Below, in pieces: positions 37,228 to 47,687 of a stretch of 64,000 nucleotides of DNA (its first letter is position 1; every line of letters starts with the position of its first letter). Both the position numbers and the translations under genes were made by a program. The DNA is from a virus, in the IMG/VR virus record IMGVR_UViG_3300031857_000076, positions 1 through 64,000 of that record; one strand, written 5' to 3'. A model generated the notes under the pieces. It made no database searches. It had not been told where the DNA came from and worked only from the letters and a program-made list of their open reading frames with translations.

Positions 37228-40200
37228 ATGAGCCATTTTTCTAAAAAATATATCAAAGGAATTGTTGGTGCGGGTGGAGGTCCAGATGCTCCACCACCAC
37301 CTACTCCACCAACATTTAAGCCGCCAAAGTTAGGAGACTTGCAAGCTGTTTCTTCTTATGACTATGTAGAAAATATTGATCTTATTTCAGACGGAGAAAT
37401 TGATGGTTTTGTTGGGCAGAATGGCGAATATGTTGACAATATCCGTTTATTTGAAAGTATTTATTTGGAAGATGTTATTGTGCGTCAGCCAGTTGACAGC
37501 GATTCATTTAACACTATTGCGGACCTTGACTTGAGTTTTATTGGCTCCGCTTTTCAAAATAAGTTCTACTCTAATTCGGAGTTTATTGAAACTTTAATAA
37601 CAGATTTGAGTGATTTAAGTGGTTCAAACACTCAAGGTGTTTCATTTTCTGTTTTATCTGGCAAAGATAGAATAGCTGATTCTATTTTTCAATCAATTCA
37701 AAATATTGAGAATGTGTATGCTGGTATTCAACCATCGGCTCAAAATGATTCGATTTTTAAACAATTGAGATTATTAAGAGCACAGTTTAATTTCACTTCT
37801 CAGAGAGAGGTTTTAGCTTATCTTTTACCAGATTTTCCAGAATATTTCGCCACTGATTATCCGTTTTTGGCATTAAAAATTTCTTTAAATGTTGATCTTG
37901 CTCCTGATGGATACGTTCACTCCATTGATGATTTGATTATCTTGTCTAATGACATTTATAATCAGATATATTATGATTTAGAGTCAACAGAATTGCAAAA
38001 TAAAAAGATTTTATCTCCTAAAAAGAAAATTAACACATGTTTTTTTCAAAGTGCTGGTGGCAATACGTCAGCAAAAGGGGATTTTTATGTTTTCTTCTAT
38101 CAAAGAAATAATTATGTTTTAAAAAATGGAGTTGATGCAATAATTAATTTCATCAAATCTGTTAAGATTATCAATACCACGGCTAAATTTAATTATGCTA
38201 ACGCGACCTTTGAAACAAGAGACGGAGCTGATCTTCAAAAACCATTAAGTTTATTCAATAAAACTTATTTAGATACTCAATTTAACTCTAAACTTAGGGG
38301 TCCGTTTGAGCAAGGCAAGCCTGTATTAACGCTGTTAAATAAAGAATACACTGAGGTTGATTCAAGATACAACGAATCATCTGTTATGGCGAGTTCTGGA
38401 TTAATATCTGATTCTGAATTCAAACAAGGAACAACTGAATTCTTTTCAATTCAAGAACTAAGTGAATTAAAAACTTTGCATACTGATTTATTTAAAAATG
38501 AATCTGAATTTGTTAGTTTAACAAAACAACTAATGAGCGGTAATACTTTATCCCTTGGCCTTTTAAATCCTAATCCAGAATTTAGAAGTAGTTCTTGGTC
38601 CATTGAATCATTGAATAAAACTGGAAATATCATTCAGATGGTATTAGCTGGCAAGGTAAGTTATCGCTTTTATTCAAATGATATAAAAATTACGCTTTCT
38701 TTTGATAAATCAACAAAATGTTTTAAAAGAAACATTGTTAAAAACAATGGTGATCAGTTTAATATATTAGCCACGGATACTGTTTACATAACGGATTATC
38801 AAAAAGATTTGATAAATGCAAATAATTTTGATTTTACTTTAATATATGAATATTCTTCTTTTAGTGGTCAAGTATTTTTAACATCCTACTCTCCTTCAAC
38901 TGGTTGGCCTTTATTTTTCAGAATCGCTTTTCGCGCTTTATTAGAAGGCGCTTACGCCAACGAAGGAAGTGATGATTTTAGAAAAGTTAATGGTGCTATT
39001 GAGAGCTATACTAATTGGAATAAAAATTATGTCAAGTATTTATCGGAACCTGGATCAAGAATTACGCATATAGTTTTAAATCCCAATGTTGATCAAGTAT
39101 TTATTTCTTTGCAGATCACAAGTTTACAAGATACGGCTCAACAAAATTTACTTTTATTGAAGTCAGATGGCACAAAAGAAGACGTTCAAGCTGGCACAAG
39201 CATTCCTTCCGTAATAGAATTTAGAATTGAAACTGGATACCAAACGCTAACTGGAGAAGAAGAGTTGTTTGTTTCAAGATTGTTCCAAGTTAGAGGCTTG
39301 GTTAATTCGCCAGTATCAATTGATGTTGGTCGAGAAGAAAACGCTTCAGTAATTCAACAATATAGCCGCTTTATTCTAGGAAGTCAGAATATTGCACAGC
39401 CAATTTCTCTTCCTCCCCATGTAGTTAATAAAAATAGATTTGTAAGAGCCTATAGAACAACTGCGGAATCTTACTCTTCACTTATCCGCCGTGAAATATA
39501 TTTGCAAAAAATCACCGAAATTATTAATGTTCCATTTTCTTATCCATACTCAACCATTTGTGGTTTAAAATTAGATGCTAGAACATTCACTTCCATTCCT
39601 GCTCGCAGTTATGACGCGAGATTTAAGAAAGTTTTCGTCCCAAGCAATTATTTTCCACTCAAGGCAAATGGTCAAGACAAAAGATATATTGCTGGAAAGA
39701 ATTTGGCTTCATTCAATAGCCTAAGCAATTCTAGTGATGAAAAAACAATTTATAAAGGCAATTGGGATGGAACATTTAAACTAGCTTGGACCGATAATCC
39801 TGTTTGGGTTCTTTTTGATATTCTAATCAATCGTAGATATGGATTAGGCAACTTTATTTCGCCATCTGAGGTTAACTATTGGGAGCTTTATAAGATTGGC
39901 CGCTATTGTGATGGTGTTGATATTAATGGCGTATTTGTTGGCGTTCCTGCTGCTGATGGCGGACTAGAGCCAAGATATGCCTTTAATGGCGTAATTGCTG
40001 ATAAAACCAATGTGTTTGAATCATTGAAGTCTCTAGTGGCTTGCTTTAGAGGCAACATGTTTTACACAAACTCAGAAATCAACTTCACAAACGATAGGCT
40101 CAAGCCAATCATGGGCTTCTTCAATAATTCGAATGTGAAAGATGGTATGTTCAACTACTCAAATGAGCGTCGAGATTTACAATACAATGTTATTGAAGTG

Positions 40201-41394
40201 ACTTATTTAGATCGCGACGACTTGTTCAAACAGAAAATTGAATATGTGGAAGACCCTGATGACATTAAAACTCGCGGCATTTTAAGAACCACAGCGCAAA
40301 CTTTTGGCATTACTAGCCGCGCTCACGCCAAACGCCTTGGTGAACACATCATCTACTCCACCATTAATGAAGACGAAAATGTGGCCTTTGTTGGCAACTT
40401 GGAAACTCTCTTATGCAGGCCAGGAGATTTGATCGCAATCAATGACAATGTTAAAACCCTTAAAAATCATGTGGGGCGAGTTTTAGATGTTGATACAATT
40501 AATAACTCTATATATACTAATGTTTCTCTTAAATCGTCTGATTTTAGCTCTTCTGGACTAACGGGAGAAATTTCTGTTCTGATTCCAACTGGCAAATATC
40601 AGTCTAATGACTTTTATGATTTGGCCAAGTCTCCAACAAAGTTAAGTGTTTCTGAACTCTATCAAACAGATGTTCCGATCAGAGTGACGCTTCAAGCAAC
40701 TGGAACTCAAGTCATTGACTCTTCTCCAGCATTGGATTATGGTTCCAAGTTCTTTATTGATACTGGATGTTCTGGCTATCCATTGTTGCAGCAAGTTCGC
40801 GCTGGAACACCTTGCTCCATTACAATCGCTAACACTAAACAGCAGGTTTATAAAATTCAATCAATCAAAGAACTAAACCTCAATGAATATGAGGTCATTG
40901 CTTCAAAGTTTGACACTGGTAAATTTGCAGAGATTGAACAAGGCGAAACTGGCTTGATGCAAGATTTCTTCTCCGCCTTCCCACCAGCTAGAAATACAGC
41001 AGTGAGCGAAGGCCAAGCAGAATTGCTGCAAAATAAATATGTGTATGACTTGGGATTCCCAAGAATTTTAACATTAAGAACTGGCAATTGGGACATGCAA
41101 GCAGATACAGCAGATTTGTCTGGAAGCTGGTTGCCTGTTAATGGCGCAAACGCCTACAATGTTGAATTAATTACTCCAAAATTTAAAAGCATCAAACAAA
41201 CTGTTACTGGTAACTCTGCTATTTTTGAAGATCAAACAGAAGTTGGAACCTTTACTTTAAAAGTAACTGCCAGAAACACTGGTTCATATCCAAACCCAAT
41301 ATCAGCAACCGCATCCAGATCACTATCTGTTGTTTCTTATGTGGCTCCAGTAAGAACAAACGGAATCATTCAAGGATTCGTAATTAATAAATAA
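37228..41394 (+). CDS. lambda gpJ-like central tail fibre / host-specificity protein
   Basis: DLISDGEIDG, YPYS, WDGTFKLAWTDNP.W, RYGLG, EPRY.FNG, G.TSR..A.R, RPGD. Confidence 0.9.
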   Translation: MSHFSKKYIKGIVGAGGGPDAPPPPTPPTFKPPKLGDLQAVSSYDYVENIDLISDGEIDGFVGQNGEYVDNIRLFESIYLEDVIVRQPVDSDSFNTIADLDLSFIGSAFQNKFYSNSEFIETLITDLSDLSGSNTQGVSFSVLSGKDRIADSIFQSIQNIENVYAGIQPSAQNDSIFKQLRLLRAQFNFTSQREVLAYLLPDFPEYFATDYPFLALKISLNVDLAPDGYVHSIDDLIILSNDIYNQIYYDLESTELQNKKILSPKKKINTCFFQSAGGNTSAKGDFYVFFYQRNNYVLKNGVDAIINFIKSVKIINTTAKFNYANATFETRDGADLQKPLSLFNKTYLDTQFNSKLRGPFEQGKPVLTLLNKEYTEVDSRYNESSVMASSGLISDSEFKQGTTEFFSIQELSELKTLHTDLFKNESEFVSLTKQLMSGNTLSLGLLNPNPEFRSSSWSIESLNKTGNIIQMVLAGKVSYRFYSNDIKITLSFDKSTKCFKRNIVKNNGDQFNILATDTVYITDYQKDLINANNFDFTLIYEYSSFSGQVFLTSYSPSTGWPLFFRIAFRALLEGAYANEGSDDFRKVNGAIESYTNWNKNYVKYLSEPGSRITHIVLNPNVDQVFISLQITSLQDTAQQNLLLLKSDGTKEDVQAGTSIPSVIEFRIETGYQTLTGEEELFVSRLFQVRGLVNSPVSIDVGREENASVIQQYSRFILGSQNIAQPISLPPHVVNKNRFVRAYRTTAESYSSLIRREIYLQKITEIINVPFSYPYSTICGLKLDARTFTSIPARSYDARFKKVFVPSNYFPLKANGQDKRYIAGKNLASFNSLSNSSDEKTIYKGNWDGTFKLAWTDNPVWVLFDILINRRYGLGNFISPSEVNYWELYKIGRYCDGVDINGVFVGVPAADGGLEPRYAFNGVIADKTNVFESLKSLVACFRGNMFYTNSEINFTNDRLKPIMGFFNNSNVKDGMFNYSNERRDLQYNVIEVTYLDRDDLFKQKIEYVEDPDDIKTRGILRTTAQTFGITSRAHAKRLGEHIIYSTINEDENVAFVGNLETLLCRPGDLIAINDNVKTLKNHVGRVLDVDTINNSIYTNVSLKSSDFSSSGLTGEISVLIPTGKYQSNDFYDLAKSPTKLSVSELYQTDVPIRVTLQATGTQVIDSSPALDYGSKFFIDTGCSGYPLLQQVRAGTPCSITIANTKQQVYKIQSIKELNLNEYEVIASKFDTGKFAEIEQGETGLMQDFFSAFPPARNTAVSEGQAELLQNKYVYDLGFPRILTLRTGNWDMQADTADLSGSWLPVNGANAYNVELITPKFKSIKQTVTGNSAIFEDQTEVGTFTLKVTARNTGSYPNPISATASRSLSVVSYVAPVRTNGIIQGFVINK

Positions 41395-41398
41395 CTCT

Positions 41399-44389
41399 AT
41401 GCCTTCTTATTTTCATACTGGTCAAGATTGTAGTGGTAATACAGTAGGTCTTTATACTGAAAATCCCACATGGGTTTCAACTGATATTGCTTATTCTGAC
41501 TCCGCTTTATCTTCGTTTTTTAATGGGGAATTTAATTCTTTATTTTATTCTGACGGTATATCATATCCTTACGATTGTCCATCTCCGCCTCCCTCACCAA
41601 CGCCTTCACCGCCTTCACCGCCGTCTCCGCCTACACCGCCTCCTACACCGCCTCCTACACCGCCTCCTACACCGCCTCCTACACCGCCACCTCCTTCGCC
41701 TACACCGCCGCCAATTATTCCGCCAGCGCCTCCAGCGCCACCGTTTCCAGTTGGTTTTTATCCATCTGCAACGTCCAAAGGCACGGGAGAGAGTTTCTAT
41801 TATTCAAGATTTAAAGACTCTTCTTTCAATTTTCAATATAGAGATATTTATGATAATGAAATCACAAGCGATTTACAGTTAGCGCAAAATCAAGGCTTCT
41901 CCAACTATAATTTCTCGTATAAAGCTTCTTTGCTTTCCACTGGAGCTACGCCTGCCACTGCTCAATCGCATTTAATTGCCTCAAATTTTGCAACAAATCA
42001 AACAAGCTTATCTTTTAATTTTCCTCAAACTAAAAATGCTGAACTTTTTGGACTGCCTTCTGGAGAAAGATATTATTCATTACTATTCAACATCAAAAAT
42101 CAAGGTGCTGAAAACTCTGTATTAGCAACAGTTTACCATTTGCCAGCTAATATTGATTTTATTAGTGTTGAAGATTATTTCTCATCTCAAACTTCTGGAG
42201 TTCTTAATAATGTTTTAACAACATGGAATTATGTTGGAGACGGGGTTTTGACGGGGTTTGATGTCACTGGTAAAACTAATTCATTTATTACTGGATTGAC
42301 CTCTGGCCTTACTCAAGTTTTAAATTGGAGTTATAATCCGACTGGAGATGTTTCTGGTTTTGCTATCACTGGCTACATCAATAGCGGAGATTTTTACAGT
42401 GTTTATTCTGGAGGTAACTTAGTGCCTTCGAGCGAATACGAAATTAAGTTCACCCCAACACCACAAGTTAATTTTTATAGTTTGCCTAATTTATTTGCCC
42501 TTAATATTGTTGAATCAACAGGAAACACAGGATTCTTATCAACGAACTATAGAGCGTTTATTGGTGGCTTTGAAGAGCTTTCGGGAGATTATTCTATTGA
42601 TGGAAATAATGATCAATTAATTTTTAATGTCCCTCCAGCAAGCGGTTCAACAATTGTCATTCAAGAGCTTACAGGTGTCACACAATTATTAAATGCTCCC
42701 TTGAGTGGCCAAATTAATTTTACAGTTAACTTCGATGCCGATGCTGTCGAAAATTATATTACAAAAGGTATTGATGTTTATACTGGTGCTAATACTGGAA
42801 CGCCATATTCATTATCTGGTTTCGCATTATTAAAAACAGTCAATTTCTTGGAAAACGCCTCTTCACAAAGCTTTTCAATTTTTGCCAATGAAGTGCCAAA
42901 CAATCAGTTTGTTTACTATAAATTTGTGGGTCAAGATGATTTTGGAACTGGCTACGTTTATGGCGCAGAAACGAGTGGGTATTTGTTCTCTCCACCAGAA
43001 CAATTATTTTATACAAATGGTATTCCTCCTACCTTATCTTTTGATCGGAGAACGGGTAATTTCTTTAGTGGCTATAATTCACCTGCTAATGTTCCAAATT
43101 CAGATGGAGCACTTATTTACCAAACGGGAAGCTCTGGACAAAATCTTTATTTAGTCAAGTCTGGACAATGGAAAACTATTCTGCCCTACGAGGAAATTAC
43201 TGGAAACATTGATCAAACATATTTAAAAAAATCTGATGGCCTATATATTAGTGGTCGCGCAATTACTGGATACAATCAATCAATTACTGGTTTACAATTT
43301 TCTGGTACAACAACAAAAACTCTTTTCTTATATCCTAGAAATGGGCAAACAATTTCTGGTTCATTTACCGATAATGCTTCTATTGGTGATGTAGTTTATG
43401 CAACTGGAAACCAAACCATCAGTGGAGAAAAAACTTTTATCGGAAAGCTTATTACTGAAACTGGGTTTTTTGGTAAAAATAATTCTTTTGGTAGTTATGT
43501 TCAAAATTACTATCCAACAATTGCTGGTGGTTCTGGAAACTCTGGAAATTCTCGCTATGGTTTGATTGGTGGCGGTCAAGGTAATGTATTAAATACTGGT
43601 TCTCATAATACAATTGCTGGTGGATGGAACAATAAAACAGATGATGGAAGTTGGCAATCTATCTTGGGCGGGGTAGGTAATATCACTTCTGGTTCTTTTA
43701 CCACAATTGGCGGTGGTCAAGATAATTTAGCAAGTAATAGTTACGCTTCTGTTTTAGGGGGCTATTATAATACTTCTAGTGGATATTCAGCGTCTTGTTT
43801 GGGTGGAGAGAATAATAGTGCTGGAGGTTTGTGTTCAGTTATTTTGGCAGGTATAGGCTGTAGCACAACTCCAAATGCGGCATATTCAATTGCTGGTGGA
43901 TACTACTCTAAAGCTGATCGTTATGGTTCAAGGGCTTACAGTTCAGATAAATTTAGTGCCGATGGAGATTGTCAAAATATTCAGTTTGTTTTAAACGCTA
44001 CTACTTATGATTCTGGAGTTTCAGTTTTATCTATGGATGGTGCAGGTTTATATTTTAATATTTTAGAAAACCAAACCGATAAAATCATGATGCTTACAGT
44101 TAAAGTTCTTGGTGTAGATGAAGACGCTAATCTTTCTCAATATATGAGAAAAGCAGTCATTAGCACCCTTGCATCCAATACAGGCTATCAAAGAATCCAT
44201 CATATTGAATCAATAGGAACCGATTTAGAAAACGCTGGTAAAGCGGTCTTTTCTGTAACAGGCAGTTTTAATACAGGAAGCTATAGTGATGTTTTTTGTA
44301 TTTTTGGCAGCGGAGTTAGCGGCCAAAATACTAGATGGGCAGCTAGTATAGATGCTATTGAATTAATTAAACCAGCCGCTTATCCATAA
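41399..44389 (+). CDS. tail fibre or adhesin with Cys-repeat unit, Pro-rich linker and GGxxN beta-solenoid repeats
   Basis: directly after gpJ; IAGGSGN/IGGGQGN/ILGGVGN repeats; VYATGNQTISGEKTF. Confidence 0.75.
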   Translation: MPSYFHTGQDCSGNTVGLYTENPTWVSTDIAYSDSALSSFFNGEFNSLFYSDGISYPYDCPSPPPSPTPSPPSPPSPPTPPPTPPPTPPPTPPPTPPPPSPTPPPIIPPAPPAPPFPVGFYPSATSKGTGESFYYSRFKDSSFNFQYRDIYDNEITSDLQLAQNQGFSNYNFSYKASLLSTGATPATAQSHLIASNFATNQTSLSFNFPQTKNAELFGLPSGERYYSLLFNIKNQGAENSVLATVYHLPANIDFISVEDYFSSQTSGVLNNVLTTWNYVGDGVLTGFDVTGKTNSFITGLTSGLTQVLNWSYNPTGDVSGFAITGYINSGDFYSVYSGGNLVPSSEYEIKFTPTPQVNFYSLPNLFALNIVESTGNTGFLSTNYRAFIGGFEELSGDYSIDGNNDQLIFNVPPASGSTIVIQELTGVTQLLNAPLSGQINFTVNFDADAVENYITKGIDVYTGANTGTPYSLSGFALLKTVNFLENASSQSFSIFANEVPNNQFVYYKFVGQDDFGTGYVYGAETSGYLFSPPEQLFYTNGIPPTLSFDRRTGNFFSGYNSPANVPNSDGALIYQTGSSGQNLYLVKSGQWKTILPYEEITGNIDQTYLKKSDGLYISGRAITGYNQSITGLQFSGTTTKTLFLYPRNGQTISGSFTDNASIGDVVYATGNQTISGEKTFIGKLITETGFFGKNNSFGSYVQNYYPTIAGGSGNSGNSRYGLIGGGQGNVLNTGSHNTIAGGWNNKTDDGSWQSILGGVGNITSGSFTTIGGGQDNLASNSYASVLGGYYNTSSGYSASCLGGENNSAGGLCSVILAGIGCSTTPNAAYSIAGGYYSKADRYGSRAYSSDKFSADGDCQNIQFVLNATTYDSGVSVLSMDGAGLYFNILENQTDKIMMLTVKVLGVDEDANLSQYMRKAVISTLASNTGYQRIHHIESIGTDLENAGKAVFSVTGSFNTGSYSDVFCIFGSGVSGQNTRWAASIDAIELIKPAAYP
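41630..41689 (+). repeat. 12-bp tandem repeat CCTACACCGCCT (4 perfect copies plus 1 near-perfect), encoding (PTPP)n
   Basis: read directly. Confidence 0.9.
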
Positions 44390-44390
44390 A

Positions 44391-45578
44391 ATGATAAAAT
44401 TGATTCCTTTTGCGAATTTAAACTTAAAAGAAATTAATAAAGCCTCTTTAAGAGTATGGTATAGCGATCATGATTATGAAGATTTATTTTTAGACCCTAG
44501 CAAAATTAGGCAAGATCATTTTCAAATGCCCAAGAAAGAATTTGACAAATGTGCATTTTTGGTATTAATCGTAGAATACAAAGATGGGTCAATTCAAAAA
44601 TTTAGAAGAAGCGATAAATATGAATGGCTTAATGGCCAAAAACCCAAGAACATTCAGTTCTATTTAAGAAAGAATGAAAACTCTTTTTATGATGATAGCG
44701 ATTTTGGCAAAAAAACCGTTTTAAAAATACTAGACGCTCGCTTCTCAAAAATTCAAAATTGCTCAAAAGAAACGGTTGGAACTAAAAATTTAATATACTA
44801 TGCTGTTGGCGGAGATTTAAATTATCTAAACTTATTAGACACTTCCATTAATTCGATTGTTGATTTAGCAAGCGAAAAGAGTTTTGAGTTTTTATTTATA
44901 TGCCCCGAATCTTGGCAATCTAAAATTAGAAATTTAGACGGATTAAGGGGTATTAACTATCATTTTCACACAGTAGATGACTCAACTGACGGCGTTGAAA
45001 TCTCAAAAAATAAAACGAAGATTTATGATTTTGATAAAGTTAATGAATTCGCAAAAATTCTTTTTATTGATAGCGATGTGATTGCTATTAAAAATATCAA
45101 TGAAGTATTTGATCTTGAAATCAAGAACGGCAAACTATACACAGCATATAGCGAAAAAATTATTAAATTAGATTCTCACTTGGGTCAATATCACGGCATA
45201 GTGAAAGACGATGTATTCTATAAGAGAATATGTGAAAATCAACAAATGCCATTTAATGCTGGTCAGTTTTTATTCATGAACTGCGAGTTGATGAAAGAGC
45301 ATTTTTATAATGTCAATTGGCTGATGAAATCGTGGCCAAGTGAATACTTTTTTGAGCAAGCATTCATGAATTACTATTTTTGCAACTATAATTTAACCGA
45401 ATATGTTACTTTTAATAGTAAGGTAAAAATTCATTCCGCCATAGATCAAAACAAATCTAGGTACAATCCTGAAATAAAAGACTCAGATGTTTTGATACAT
45501 TTCATCGGTCCTTGTTTGGAGCCAATCGCAAAATCAAACTTCATCAAAGAATATTCTCATGCCTATTTGTCAAGATAA
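44391..45578 (+). CDS. glycosyltransferase, GT8-like (GT-A)
   Basis: ILFIDSDV DxD motif, FNAG, EQAFMN, IHF.G. Confidence 0.85.
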   Translation: MIKLIPFANLNLKEINKASLRVWYSDHDYEDLFLDPSKIRQDHFQMPKKEFDKCAFLVLIVEYKDGSIQKFRRSDKYEWLNGQKPKNIQFYLRKNENSFYDDSDFGKKTVLKILDARFSKIQNCSKETVGTKNLIYYAVGGDLNYLNLLDTSINSIVDLASEKSFEFLFICPESWQSKIRNLDGLRGINYHFHTVDDSTDGVEISKNKTKIYDFDKVNEFAKILFIDSDVIAIKNINEVFDLEIKNGKLYTAYSEKIIKLDSHLGQYHGIVKDDVFYKRICENQQMPFNAGQFLFMNCELMKEHFYNVNWLMKSWPSEYFFEQAFMNYYFCNYNLTEYVTFNSKVKIHSAIDQNKSRYNPEIKDSDVLIHFIGPCLEPIAKSNFIKEYSHAYLSR

Positions 45579-46149
45579 AAAATTAGCTTTTATACATATT
45601 CCGAAAACTGCTGGAACCACAATTGAAACAGCTTTGGGCATGAAAACTATTAATAATTTCTATAATGAATATAAGTTCAAACACTATTGCGTTTGTCCGC
45701 AGCACTTGACATGCGAAGAACTATCACATGAAATTGACTTAGCCGATCTTGAACTATTTACAATTGTTCGAAACCCCTATGATAGATTGGTTTCTGAATA
45801 TAACTATATTCAGAATAACGAATGGCTATTCAAACTCAAACACGCAACATTTAAAGAATTTATTAAACTAATTCCAAACTTGGACCAAGTAGAGAGAAAA
45901 TACATTTTTGATGGTCACTTAGAGACTCAGAGTTCCTTTGTTAAAGGTTATGAAGACAGAATCAAAATCTTTCATTACGAGAAAATAAATGAATGTTTTG
46001 ACTATTTAAATTCTAAATATGGTCCGCTAGAATTTGGACTCGAAAGAAAACCAATTGAGAAAAAAAATATTAAATGGACGAAAGAACTAAAAAAAATAGT
46101 TCAATCAGTTTACGCAGAAGACTTTGATAGATTTAATTATAAAATGTAA
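45559..46149 (+). CDS. sulfotransferase (Sulfotransfer_2-like)
   Basis: FIHIPKTAGTTIE; VRNPYDRLVSEY. Confidence 0.88.
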   Translation: MPICQDKKLAFIHIPKTAGTTIETALGMKTINNFYNEYKFKHYCVCPQHLTCEELSHEIDLADLELFTIVRNPYDRLVSEYNYIQNNEWLFKLKHATFKEFIKLIPNLDQVERKYIFDGHLETQSSFVKGYEDRIKIFHYEKINECFDYLNSKYGPLEFGLERKPIEKKNIKWTKELKKIVQSVYAEDFDRFNYKM

Positions 46150-46392
46150 TCAGTTTTGATTTGCCTCAAAAGGCTTAAAGATTACATAATCTGGATGATT
46201 GTCTTTTTCTTTATACTTGTTTTTAAAAACAATAATATTTTGAGTGATTGTTTCTCCGTTTGAGTCTTGCAGCACTATCTTACCAGATAGATATTTGCTA
46301 TTCTTGCCCTGTTTCAGCCACAGGCTCCCTAGATTGTTTTTGGACCAATTCGTAGAATTGCTTTGTTGCTTCGATGAAGTCTTTTCGTGCAT
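46150..46392 (-). CDS. DUF736-like small protein
   Basis: GSLW....YLSG...FKN..K....PDY. Confidence 0.65.
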   Translation of the reverse strand: MHEKTSSKQQSNSTNWSKNNLGSLWLKQGKNSKYLSGKIVLQDSNGETITQNIIVFKNKYKEKDNHPDYVIFKPFEANQN

Positions 46393-46504
46393 GTTTTGGA
46401 ACCTTGTTGTATTGCTTCTTTAAACGTCTATAAACTCTTTTGTTGATAGCGTTATCTTCTGCGTTAGTGATTGCTCTAAGTTGTTTTGCGATTGTTTTTC
46501 TCAT
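46298..46504 (-). CDS. small basic hypothetical protein
   Basis: ORF with ATGA coupling. Confidence 0.55.
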   Translation of the reverse strand: MRKTIAKQLRAITNAEDNAINKRVYRRLKKQYNKVPKHARKDFIEATKQFYELVQKQSREPVAETGQE

Positions 46505-46956
46505 ATTCTTTTGATATACGATTCTGAATCTTTTTTAAAACCCATTTTTTGATAAATTTTCTTTAACTTATTAGATGTTGGATAGTTTTCAACACAGTTC
46601 ATGATAACATATTCTATGCCTCTTTTTTGGGCAAATTTAATTGCTGTCTTGTATAAGGCAAATGATTTTTTTGGATTTTTACTAACCCAACAATATTCAG
46701 TAAACATTCTTTTGCCTAAAAATGGATGCATACCATCCATAAACATAATTAAGCCATCCACTTGATTATTTTCAAAATTTGCCCAACAGTGAATACTATT
46801 ATTTAGTAACGCTGGATGAGCAAATGAATCAATGACACATTGAGGATTGATCGGCAAATATGCGTGTCCATATTTGGAGTTTTCCTCTTTAAAAATAGAC
46901 TCTAAATCTCTGAAAGCTTTTTCAAACTTTTGAGCAGATATGACTTTTTCAATCAT
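46501..46956 (-). CDS. GNAT-like protein
   Basis: E..W; LKKIYQKMGFK motif. Confidence 0.6.
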   Translation of the reverse strand: MIEKVISAQKFEKAFRDLESIFKEENSKYGHAYLPINPQCVIDSFAHPALLNNSIHCWANFENNQVDGLIMFMDGMHPFLGKRMFTEYCWVSKNPKKSFALYKTAIKFAQKRGIEYVIMNCVENYPTSNKLKKIYQKMGFKKDSESYIKRI

Positions 46957-47687
46957 TTTGTCACAAGGGACAATAGCTTACGGCTTTCTTTAATTGGAAT
47001 ATCTTCGAAAGAGTTCCAATTTGCAGCCTCTTCATTCTTATAGGTTTCGTCTTTCCACATCTTCCTCAAATGCTTTTTGAAAGCTTCAAAATCTGCGCAG
47101 CCAAGATTTTGTTTAGCTGCATTCTTGAGAGCGTTCTGTGGTGTTAGCGATTGAACAATTGCTTCGCTTTCCTCATAAGCGACCTTGTTTTTAGACTTAT
47201 CAATTTCATCATCACCAACAATATGAATATTGAGATAATTGCGAACAGCGCGAACAAAAGCGCGATTTTCAGCGATAGTCTCAAGAAACTTAATGCCAAA
47301 GCCTGAACAGTTGTCAAACGTGGCGTTTGCGGTGCTGCTGAAAATTTGGGAAATTCCATTTGTTTCATAGTTTGGCATCCAACGAATTTCGCAAACCGCT
47401 GTTGCGTAATTTGAAGATACAGTGTTAATTGTATAACGAACAGTTTCAAGACCACGAAAACGAGCTAGTTCTTTGATGCCTGCAAGCTTAATAAGAAGCT
47501 GATGATCACCAAGACCTTCAATTGAATCTGGCATTTGCATTTTACGAGTTTCAAACCAATCCTTGTTAGGATATAAATGCTCTGGTTTGATCATTGCTCG
47601 CCAGTTAATTGAGCCGTCTTCATTGAATTTATATTCAACGCCTTCGATAAGGCCCATTTCGTTACGCTTGTATTTGTTAGGATTCAT
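46953..47687 (-). CDS. putative single-strand annealing or recombination protein
   Basis: IAENRAFVRAVR resembles the AETRA..RA.R motif of phage SSAP-like proteins. Confidence 0.4.
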   Translation of the reverse strand: MNPNKYKRNEMGLIEGVEYKFNEDGSINWRAMIKPEHLYPNKDWFETRKMQMPDSIEGLGDHQLLIKLAGIKELARFRGLETVRYTINTVSSNYATAVCEIRWMPNYETNGISQIFSSTANATFDNCSGFGIKFLETIAENRAFVRAVRNYLNIHIVGDDEIDKSKNKVAYEESEAIVQSLTPQNALKNAAKQNLGCADFEAFKKHLRKMWKDETYKNEEAANWNSFEDIPIKESRKLLSLVTK

